DNA of 64,000 bases from a virus: the IMG/VR virus record IMGVR_UViG_3300036791_001355, positions 1 to 64,000 of that record. One strand, given 5' to 3'. The notes under the pieces are model-generated. The model searched no databases. It was not told the origin of the DNA and was given only the letters and a program-made list of their open reading frames with translations. Shown here one piece after another: positions 56,704 to 64,000 of this stretch. Positions within the stretch are counted from its first letter, which is position 1; the number at the start of each line of letters is the position of its first letter. A program made the translations under genes and the position numbers.

Positions 56704-58310
56704 TGCCTCTGCTCCTTCAGGTGCTTGACCTCGTATTCCAGGGTGGCTACCCGCGTTGCCAGTTCCTTGCAGGCATTGACCAGCGCCCACAGCACGGGCG
56801 GCTCTTCGATGCCGAGCATGCCGGGCAGGCGCTTGGTGGCGACTTCCTGCTGCATGCGGGCGGCGATTTCAACCACCGCCTCGGGCAAGATATCGCGGGT
56901 CTTCTGGGCGCTGACACCGTAATAGACGGTGCCGTCGTCCACGGTGTCGCCCTCGCCGTTGTATTGAAACGAGACCGGTTCCAGGCTGATGATTTCATTG
57001 AGGCCGCGCTGATAGGGGCGCACGGCGCGTTTGGCCCGGTCGTCGCAGATATTGGGCGCCCAGATCGAACTATAGGCAGAAACATTGCCACTATAGTCGC
57101 ATTGGAACAGATGGGCGCCGTCCGGGCGCTGGTAGGTCATGGTGCCGTACCAGCCGGCCGTCTGCAGCCACTTGAGCGCGAAGCCGTTGCCGGGTTGGTT
57201 GCACCAGTAAACCAATCGCGACAGTTGCTGGTCGACCGCCAGCCCGAACCAGCCGCCGCTCAGACCATAGCCGCCGACCCCGAGTTCGCCATTGCACATC
57301 ATGTTGCTGTTGGCGTTGACATCGTGGTCGGCATTGACGTCGCCGCGCGAGTGGACGTACCCGGCGTTGACGGTGCCGCCCGCGTTCACGTCGCTGTTGG
57401 CATTGACGAAATTGCTGGAATAGACCGCTCCCGCCGCGTGCAGGTCGTAGCCGCTGACATTGCCGCCGACCGCCACCGTGCCGCCGGTATAGGTGCCCGC
57501 CGCGTTGATGTTGCCGTTGGAATAGACGTAGGCGGAGCCGACCCAGCCACCCGCCCACACCGTGCCATTGACGCTGACGTTGCCGCCCGTGAAGGTGTTG
57601 CCGGCGTTGACGTTGCCGGATGACGACAGATAGCCCGCCGTGATGTTCTGGGTGGTGCTGAGATTGCCGCCGCAATAGATGCCCGCCCCCGAGCCGTCGA
57701 TGGTGACGGCGCCGGTCGAGAGATTCCAGGCAAACGGACGCAGCGCGGTCCACGAGCCGTTGGCGTCGTTGGCGTTGGTCTGCAGCCAGTAGGCGTTGGC
57801 GCCGTCGTTGCGCAGCATCACGCCGTAGGCGCCGCCGATGGCACGGAACTGCCCGTAGGGGTCCATGCCGCGCGAGATGAAGCCGGTTGAGGAGCGGACC
57901 TGATTGGTGGTGTCGATGTAGTTGGTCGTTTGCAACCAGCCCTGCACCGTGGTGTTGGCGAACACCGGCGCGATGCTGGCGTCGGTCATGTGCGGGATCT
58001 GCACCATGGCCGACATCTGGCCGCTGGTGGGACCGTTCCAGGCATAGTCGCCGATCACCCAGGACTGCGCCGTGGTGCCTTCCTGGCCGCGCAGCACGGT
58101 CAGCACGTCACCGGTCCGGGCGGTGCAGTAGCACACCTCGTAATTGACGCGGGTGGCGAGGTCGTTAAGCGTCAGCGCGAACTGCTGGTTCGCCGCCGGG
58201 ATGGGAAAGGCGGCGCCGCCGCCCGCCGCCAGGGTGATGACGGTGGCGCCGGGACCAATCGCCTGCCCCAGGCTGGAGCGTGCATTGTCGGAGAAGACAA
58301 AGGCCGCCAT
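56700..58310 (-). CDS. Baseplate-anchored tail fibre with degenerate S74 chaperone
   Basis: FSDNARSSL...TVLRGQEGT; CDDRAKR...YGVSAQ...LVNACKEL. Confidence 0.75.
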   Translation of the reverse strand: MAAFVFSDNARSSLGQAIGPGATVITLAAGGGAAFPIPAANQQFALTLNDLATRVNYEVCYCTARTGDVLTVLRGQEGTTAQSWVIGDYAWNGPTSGQMSAMVQIPHMTDASIAPVFANTTVQGWLQTTNYIDTTNQVRSSTGFISRGMDPYGQFRAIGGAYGVMLRNDGANAYWLQTNANDANGSWTALRPFAWNLSTGAVTIDGSGAGIYCGGNLSTTQNITAGYLSSSGNVNAGNTFTGGNVSVNGTVWAGGWVGSAYVYSNGNINAAGTYTGGTVAVGGNVSGYDLHAAGAVYSSNFVNANSDVNAGGTVNAGYVHSRGDVNADHDVNANSNMMCNGELGVGGYGLSGGWFGLAVDQQLSRLVYWCNQPGNGFALKWLQTAGWYGTMTYQRPDGAHLFQCDYSGNVSAYSSIWAPNICDDRAKRAVRPYQRGLNEIISLEPVSFQYNGEGDTVDDGTVYYGVSAQKTRDILPEAVVEIAARMQQEVATKRLPGMLGIEEPPVLWALVNACKELATRVATLEYEVKHLKEQRQ

Positions 58311-58320
58311 GCAACGTCTC

Positions 58321-59556
58321 CTAGGGGGTGTGAGCGATGATGGTGCCCGCGCCCGCGATGGTCACCGTGGCATAGAGCGGCCCGGCCCCTCTGGCCCGTA
58401 TGCTGCCGCTGCCCGACAGGGTCAGCCCGGCCTGAATCTGCGCCCCGGGTGCCACCACCACGAAGCCCTCGCCGGGCAGGCTGACGGCATTGGTGGCGAA
58501 CTCGATGGTGTTGACCATGAGGCTGCCGACGCCACCGATGGCGGCACTGCCCTGGCGGCCGATCATGACGGCGCCGACGCCCGCGATGATCGCGTTGGCC
58601 TGCCGCGTGATGACGCCGGCACTGACCAGCACGCTGCCGCTGCCGCCGAGGCTCGCGTACGCCACGCGCTGCACGTAGACGCCGTAGTAGTCCCACACCG
58701 CCTGATCCCAGGAGAACTGATCCCAGGTGGTAAAGACAGGCTCCAGCAGCGTCACCGAGGCGGTGGCAGGGATGGTGGCCGGGTTGTTGCCAAAGTCCGC
58801 GCCCGCCACCACCGACACGCTGGCGGTGCCCTGGACGGTCGCCAGTTGCGGCACGAACCTGATGGTGTTGGTGGCGATATGCACCCCAGCCGTGCCTGCC
58901 AGCAGGATGATCGGCTCGATGCGGACGGTGAAGGAATACTGCACCGGCAGCCCGAGCACGCCGTCGAACACCGCGTACTGGAGAATGCGAGCGATGACGG
59001 AATCGGCGACGTCGATGGTGACGGCGGTGCCCTGGCAGGTGATGGAAACGTCGGCGGTGTTGTCGTTGACGGCGAGATAGCCGTTGCGGCCATGCAGGAA
59101 GCGGTGCACCCGCTGTTTCAACCACCTTGTGGTGTACTGCCAGCCGTCGCCCTTGTAGGTGTGCCACGTGAGGATGCGCTTGAACTGATCGTCGTTGAGA
59201 ACGACGTAAGCGGCGCCCGGGGGGCCGACCATCAGGCCCTGGTCGTAGGCCAGCACGCGGTACTCGACGGTGTTGTACGGCCCGGCATCGCCGGTCGCGG
59301 GGGCGATGATGGAGAGGATGGGGCGGATGATGCCGTAGAGCCCGTGCGCCACCCAGTCTAAGAGATCGCCGGTCAGCAGTGAGTAGACCGGCAGATTCAG
59401 GGCGTTGAGGTCATCGACCCATTTCTGGCCCTGATAGTTCTGAGCCGCAACGAAAGTCTGCAACGTGTCGTCATCGCTGTACTGCTGATAGAGGTACGAC
59501 TTGACCACCGTGGCCAGCGAAACGGGGCCAACCGGCGGAAACTGCGCCCCTGCCAC
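58321..59556 (-). CDS. Baseplate wedge protein with C-terminal repeat extension
   Basis: SYLYQQYSDD...LLDWVAHGLYG...DDQFKRILTWHTYKGDG. Confidence 0.7.
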   Translation of the reverse strand: MAGAQFPPVGPVSLATVVKSYLYQQYSDDDTLQTFVAAQNYQGQKWVDDLNALNLPVYSLLTGDLLDWVAHGLYGIIRPILSIIAPATGDAGPYNTVEYRVLAYDQGLMVGPPGAAYVVLNDDQFKRILTWHTYKGDGWQYTTRWLKQRVHRFLHGRNGYLAVNDNTADVSITCQGTAVTIDVADSVIARILQYAVFDGVLGLPVQYSFTVRIEPIILLAGTAGVHIATNTIRFVPQLATVQGTASVSVVAGADFGNNPATIPATASVTLLEPVFTTWDQFSWDQAVWDYYGVYVQRVAYASLGGSGSVLVSAGVITRQANAIIAGVGAVMIGRQGSAAIGGVGSLMVNTIEFATNAVSLPGEGFVVVAPGAQIQAGLTLSGSGSIRARGAGPLYATVTIAGAGTIIAHTP

Positions 59557-59557
59557 T

Positions 59558-61045
59558 TCATGGCCCCTGCGTCACTGTCACTTGCGCCGGCGCGGTCTGA
59601 AAATAGCCATTGGGATCTCCCATGATGGTCATCAGACCAGCGGGCGGGCTGACGGCAAGATTGTCGATGGTGACGATCCAACTCATGCCGGAAATCTGGT
59701 TCAGGCTGATGAGCGTCTCCATGGCATCCTGAGCCTGCTCCTGCGCGGCCAGCAGGTTGAGCGGATTGCCGGCGGGGATTTCGTTGACGTAGGTGACGAT
59801 GGCGGTCTGGGCCAGCTGGTTCAGTACCTGCGCCGAGGGCACCGTGACGGTGGCCTCCCACTTCATGACGATGCTCACCTGTTGCACCGGCGGGGTGACA
59901 AAAGGGATGAAGTAGGTATCCGGAAAATCGCTGACGGGGACGGAGTTGTTGCGCAGATTGGGTGCTGCCACACCGCCGCCGGTATAGGCGGGCCACGTGG
60001 TGGTGTTGACGCCGATGGTGAAGTTCCACGGGTCAACCACGGTCACCGTATAGGAGCCGGTGTTTAGGTTGACCATGCCCAGGACACCGGAGAACGTCAC
60101 CACCTGCCCGCTGGCGTAGAGATGCTTCAGCCCGGTGGTGATGCGGCCGGGATTGGCCTGCGTCGCCGCCGTCAGGTTCAGCACCGAGCCGGTCAGCACG
60201 CAGGGCACCGGCATGGAACGGTAAATGGCGCCCGCCACGGCGTAGGGGTCAGGATTGGAGCCGCCGCAGATCACCATCCACTGGTTGGGCGGCACCGCCA
60301 CCACCGAGGTCTGCTGCGGCGACACGCCGGGAATCTTCTCCAGCTGGGTCTTGAGGAAAGCGGGCGTGCCCTGGCAGGTGGCGACCGAGGCCTGCAGCAC
60401 GCGCAGGCGGTATTGCTGCTCGGTCTCGACGGTCTGCCCGCCCGAGCCCTGCAGCGGGTTCTGCACCGCCAGCCCAACGGTGAGCGGCACGCTGGTGAGG
60501 ATCTGCGTCACCGTCCCGGCGGGCACGGCGAACGAGCCGGCCGTGCTGGCCACCGCCGTCAGCGGGATCGACTGCCCGTTCTGGCCGATGATGCCGCCGT
60601 CCTGCACGATGTAGGTATTGGTGCCGTCGCCGATGAGGAACCCGGCCTGGATCAGATAGCCGACGGTGCCCGAGAAAATCACCTGCACGGATACATTCGT
60701 CGTGGTTCCGAACGGGATGCCGAACAGCTGGCCCAGCTGCGCCATGATGAAGGCGTTGGCGCCGTACGGGGTCAGGCTGTTGATCAGTTCGACGCGGGCC
60801 TGATCGCACAGCACCACCGCGCCGACATCGGTCGAGGAAATGTCCTCGATCAGCGAGCCCGGCAGGGTGGCGGTATAGCCCGGCAGCGGCGGCATCACCT
60901 GATTGCCGCCCGCGTCGGTGCCGTAGGTGACGAGATTGATCAGCTGCGTACGCAACGAGGCCGGGGTCTGCGGCAGCGTGCCCGCCCGCGTCATGACGAC
61001 GGGGTAGTAGAAGGCGTCCTCGACCGGTTCGGGCGGGGTCGGCAT
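59558..61045 (-). CDS. Baseplate J/gp47-like protein
   Basis: LPGSLIEDISST...INSLTPYGAN...ETEQQYRLRV; contains an FCCH-like beta insert (TQANPGRITT...H). Confidence 0.8.
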   Translation of the reverse strand: MPTPPEPVEDAFYYPVVMTRAGTLPQTPASLRTQLINLVTYGTDAGGNQVMPPLPGYTATLPGSLIEDISSTDVGAVVLCDQARVELINSLTPYGANAFIMAQLGQLFGIPFGTTTNVSVQVIFSGTVGYLIQAGFLIGDGTNTYIVQDGGIIGQNGQSIPLTAVASTAGSFAVPAGTVTQILTSVPLTVGLAVQNPLQGSGGQTVETEQQYRLRVLQASVATCQGTPAFLKTQLEKIPGVSPQQTSVVAVPPNQWMVICGGSNPDPYAVAGAIYRSMPVPCVLTGSVLNLTAATQANPGRITTGLKHLYASGQVVTFSGVLGMVNLNTGSYTVTVVDPWNFTIGVNTTTWPAYTGGGVAAPNLRNNSVPVSDFPDTYFIPFVTPPVQQVSIVMKWEATVTVPSAQVLNQLAQTAIVTYVNEIPAGNPLNLLAAQEQAQDAMETLISLNQISGMSWIVTIDNLAVSPPAGLMTIMGDPNGYFQTAPAQVTVTQGP

Positions 61046-61059
61046 CGCTCAGCTGCCGC

Positions 61060-61275
61060 TCAGCGTACGATACGGCCGCGCAGGATCTGGTCGGCGCAGT
61101 GGCGCATGGCCACGGCATCACCCCGGCGGCAGGCGTCCATGTACTTGCTCTGGGCGTCAATCCCAGTGAAAGTGCCCTTGTTCTTCCCGGCGTACAGAAT
61201 GCTAGCGCCTTTTTCCTTGCCATACTCCTTCTGGAGCGCAGCTTTGATCGTCTGTCCTTTGTGCGTCAGAGGCAT
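61060..61275 (-). CDS. Small conserved phage protein
   Basis: MPLTHKGQTIKAALQKEYGKEKGASILYAGKNKGTFTGID; GGAGG SD inside the LAGLIDADG gene. Confidence 0.65.
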   Translation of the reverse strand: MPLTHKGQTIKAALQKEYGKEKGASILYAGKNKGTFTGIDAQSKYMDACRRGDAVAMRHCADQILRGRIVR

Positions 61276-61747
61276 GAGTTCCCCTCCGATTGAGTCTTGG
61301 CATAGCTTCAAAAAAGCACTCGTTCTCTGCAAAGTCCGCATCGGTCATGCGCGTCACGAGACGCCCGCTGATGGGACTATGGGTAGGTTCACGAAGCGGC
61401 ACGGACAGCGCAAGATCAGCCTGTCGTCGTTTCACGATAAGGTAAGGCAGGGCAGATTCGATGACCCATTTAGCGTGCGCTGCTGCGATGGACCATAAAT
61501 ACGTTGGTTTGCGGCCACGCTTTTCCGTGCTGCGCTGGGAATAGAAGTACAGGCCTCCGCCAAACTTAGTACACAACCATTGAATCAATAACCGGCTTGT
61601 ATTGCTTACTTGCAAAGTGACGATGAGATATCTGCGCCCGTGTCTTTTTCGGCCGCCGAACCCGATACACCCCTCGCCGTCGATGATCCCAGCAAGATAA
61701 GCTTTCTCGCATTCCGTCAGAGACGGATATAATTTGCGCGTAGCCAT
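61202..61747 (-). CDS. Free-standing single-motif LAGLIDADG homing endonuclease
   Basis: AYLAGIIDGEGCI...QVSNT...FGG...Y.W...LPYLIVKRRQA; low GC. Confidence 0.88.
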   Translation of the reverse strand: MATRKLYPSLTECEKAYLAGIIDGEGCIGFGGRKRHGRRYLIVTLQVSNTSRLLIQWLCTKFGGGLYFYSQRSTEKRGRKPTYLWSIAAAHAKWVIESALPYLIVKRRQADLALSVPLREPTHSPISGRLVTRMTDADFAENECFFEAMPRLNRRGTHASDAQRTDDQSCAPEGVWQGKRR

Positions 61748-61829
61748 TGAACGAGGTTCCCTCTCGATTGGTGGTTAGGAGCGTCACCGCATTTGCCGTG
61801 CCGTGACGCTCCGTATTTTAAGACATTGT

Positions 61830-62195
61830 TTATCCAAACCCCACCAATAGAGTTGCGGTCGTACCGGTGGCGCGGACGTAGCTGGCGCACACCGGCAGCA
61901 AGGTGCCCGCCGCCACGGTGGAGAACACCACCGGAGTGCCGGCGGGATCGTCGGCCGCCGCGATCACCGCCACGTTGCCTGCGCCACCGACCCAGATGCC
62001 GCTGACGCGGCGGGCCAGCGGTGTGGCGTCGGACGGCGTGATGACGAAGCAGTGCACGGCAGGCCCGTAGGGCGGCGTAATTGGCCCTGTGGGGGCGGCC
62101 AGCAGAGAGGGTGATGGTGGGGGCGGGGCGGGCGGTGGCGGCTCCTGGCGGCCGTTGCGGTGGGTGTTGTGGCTGTTATTCGTTCTCTGGGACAT
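61830..62195 (-). CDS. Head spike base-like protein (RcGTA Rcc01079-like)
   Basis: ITPSDATPL....GIWVGGAGNVAV...F..VAAGTLLPV....VRATGTTAT. Confidence 0.65.
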   Translation of the reverse strand: MSQRTNNSHNTHRNGRQEPPPPAPPPPSPSLLAAPTGPITPPYGPAVHCFVITPSDATPLARRVSGIWVGGAGNVAVIAAADDPAGTPVVFSTVAAGTLLPVCASYVRATGTTATLLVGFG

Positions 62196-62205
62196 GCTCG
62201 TCCTT

Positions 62206-62580
62206 TCAGGGGCAAACTTGCACCGTGCCGGCGTTGTTCCACAGCGTGCCAGTGACGAGCCCGGTGCAGGCGGTGGGCAGCTTGGTGGGGGCGGACATGA
62301 CGTAGGCCGACAGCTGCTGCAGGTTGACCTGTCCCAACGCATTGGGAAACATCGACGGCCGCCACAGCAGCAGCAGGTCCGAGCCCGAGGCCGACGCAAA
62401 GGCGGGCTGGCAGCCGATGGAACCGACCGGCGCGCCGACCGGATTGCAGGCGCCCTGGGCTTTGCCCGGACGCGGCGTTAGCACCAGCGTCACGACCAGG
62501 GCCAGCGCCAGCACCACTATCGTCAGCGCCGCCCACGCCACAGCTTTGAGCGACAGGTTAGACGGCAACAAATTTCCCAC
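62206..62580 (-). CDS. Hypothetical membrane/secreted protein
   Basis: N-terminal TM; C-terminal LPTAC...GTLWNNAG. Confidence 0.5.
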   Translation of the reverse strand: MGNLLPSNLSLKAVAWAALTIVVLALALVVTLVLTPRPGKAQGACNPVGAPVGSIGCQPAFASASGSDLLLLWRPSMFPNALGQVNLQQLSAYVMSAPTKLPTACTGLVTGTLWNNAGTVQVCP

Positions 62581-63070
62581 TCTTCACCCCCACGCTGACG
62601 GCATAGCCGTGGCCGTCCAGCACCGCCTGTCCGAAGCCGTCCACCAGCGCCTGCGGCACCACCTGGGTGGAAATCTGCGCCCCGGTGTGGAACTGCACGT
62701 TGAGCTGATAGGTCGGCACCACGGTGGCCCAGTAGTTGGAATTATCGACCGGCATCTTGTTGATGATGAGCGACAGGAAATAGGGGCTGAAGCGCTGTTG
62801 CATCAACGTCATGTAGTAGTCGGGGAAAACTTGGCTGACCACCGACTGCCGCGCGGCGATGCCCCAGTTGGCATAGAACGGACTTTCATTCCAATTCAAT
62901 TTGCAACATTGAATCAGCGTGGTCAGATAGATGGAATCGTTCCAGCCGCCGCTATCGGGATTGACCTGGACCCAGAATTTCGCCCCCGAGGCGGTGTCGA
63001 TGACGCGCCCATAGGTGCGCATACCCTGCCCGGCATAGGGGGCAACGGCAGCGGGCGGCAGCAGTGCCAT
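62558..63070 (-). CDS. Baseplate wedge (gp46/W-like) protein
   Basis: MRTYGR...YLTTLIQ..KLN.NESPFYANWGI.A..SV..Q.FPD. Confidence 0.65.
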   Translation of the reverse strand: MALLPPAAVAPYAGQGMRTYGRVIDTASGAKFWVQVNPDSGGWNDSIYLTTLIQCCKLNWNESPFYANWGIAARQSVVSQVFPDYYMTLMQQRFSPYFLSLIINKMPVDNSNYWATVVPTYQLNVQFHTGAQISTQVVPQALVDGFGQAVLDGHGYAVSVGVKSGKFVAV

Positions 63071-63072
63071 GG

Positions 63073-63735
63073 CTAGGTGCCGGTGACCGGCTTGTCGGTG
63101 TTGGCACCGCCGCGTGTCACCCCGCTGTGGGCATGGGTGGTGAGGTGAATCTGGGTCGCGCCCGCCATCACCTCGCCATTGACGGTCAGTGAGCCGGTCA
63201 TGGTGACATTGCCGTTCTGAATCGTCAGCGCGGTGCCGCCGAGGTCGATGACCATGCCCGAAGCGGTGATGTTCATGGTCACCCCGCCGCTGCCCCTGGC
63301 GGCGGTAGCAGACTGGATGGTGACGCCCGCCGGGCCGTAGAGCACCAGCTTGTTGGAGACCACCGGGAACCAGTTCTTGTTGCCCACCGGCATGAACACC
63401 AGGGCGCCCAGGTTGGGCGGCTCACGCCAGTCCGCCGTGCCGGTGCCGAGACCGCTCATCTGGCCGATGAAGACATCGGCGGACAGCGCGATGCCCTTGT
63501 CGCCGACCTGAATCGGGTAGCGGATATATTCCGGCCCGAACACCGGCATGGTGACGTGCGGCAGGGTCTGCGGGTCAGCCTTCATCTCGAACTTGACGGT
63601 GACGATGGAGCCGTTGACCGCCACCACCGAGCAGGGCAGCACCTTGCCAAGGCGCTGCACCCGGCTCTGGGCCGCCTGCCTGCCCGCCATGCCGATGGAC
63701 TGCGCCAGCGGCAGCTTCTGTGCATTGGTGGCCAT
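63073..63735 (-). CDS. Baseplate central spike (Gp138/gpV-like)
   Basis: LPCSVVAV...YIRYPIQVGDKG...; C-terminal HLTTHAHSGV (HxH). Confidence 0.8.
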   Translation of the reverse strand: MATNAQKLPLAQSIGMAGRQAAQSRVQRLGKVLPCSVVAVNGSIVTVKFEMKADPQTLPHVTMPVFGPEYIRYPIQVGDKGIALSADVFIGQMSGLGTGTADWREPPNLGALVFMPVGNKNWFPVVSNKLVLYGPAGVTIQSATAARGSGGVTMNITASGMVIDLGGTALTIQNGNVTMTGSLTVNGEVMAGATQIHLTTHAHSGVTRGGANTDKPVTGT

Positions 63736-63738
63736 GGC

Positions 63739-64000
63739 TTAACTCGTGGCCGGCAAGGCCGGTGGCGTTTGCGCGATGGGCTGGCCGCCTTTGCCGAGTT
63801 GAAATGCCCAGATGGTGGTGTTCCAACTGGCAGCGTCGGGCTGGCGGTAATTGCCCCAGTGCTGGATCTGCTGGATCTGGAAGATCTGGTTACCAAAGGC
63901 CAGCGAATCGGCCAGCCGCCCGGTGCCGCCCTGGGCCGGGAACGAGCCCGCCGTGACTTGCGAGATCAGCCCCTCGGGAAACCTGATGATATCGCTGACA
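63739..64000 (-). CDS. Baseplate hub protein, 3' fragment
   Basis: Manual translation ...FQIQQIQHWGNYRQPDAASWNTTIWA; immediately upstream of spike. Confidence 0.6.
   Translation of the reverse strand, partial: VSDIIRFPEGLISQVTAGSFPAQGGTGRLADSLAFGNQIFQIQQIQHWGNYRQPDAASWNTTIWAFQLGKGGQPIAQTPPALPATS

Noticed and set aside
1-64000. tRNA, rRNA, integrase/att sites, host chromosomal genes
   Set aside because: None recognisable by eye; tRNAscan or Infernal would be needed to exclude small RNAs

Overview
The whole window is one high-GC tailed-phage genome fragment, a contractile-tailed myovirus-type phage. The capsid, DUF2213 protease, DUF1073 portal and baseplate set resemble SEN34/Bcep781-like phages. 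GapR-like, DUF6456-like and RcGTA-spike-base-like genes suggest an alphaproteobacterial host. It starts inside the major capsid gene and ends inside a baseplate hub gene, so it looks circularly permuted; sheath, tube, tape measure and lysis genes probably lie outside it. Order: head and packaging module (1-20.8 kb, minus strand), DNA methyltransferase and DUF932, a cassette-like early region (24.3-31.5 kb, plus), replication (primase-helicase, initiator with iterons, RuvC-like, GapR-like), recombination (Gp157, ERF), two PEP-CTERM genes, then tail fibre, glycosylation and baseplate genes (41.7-64 kb, minus). The most notable signal is a set of homing endonucleases that sit inside host genes by overprinting. 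(i) An intein in the MuF gene lacks an in-frame nuclease but carries a Vsr/DUF559-like nuclease ORF on its opposite strand. (ii) An HNH gene is nested in the +1 frame of a still-open methyltransferase, and the insert is clamped by CxxC pairs with no splicing motifs. (iii) A LAGLIDADG gene overlaps and apparently recodes the 5' end of its neighbour. Also notable are a 1523-aa head-module effector (NUDIX + kinase-like + ADP-ribosyltransferase) with candidate packaging and cleavage motifs, dispersed tandem-G.A ssDNA-type hairpins at gene junctions, and repeated promoter and junction cassettes. All assignments come from motif recognition by eye; no database searches were run.
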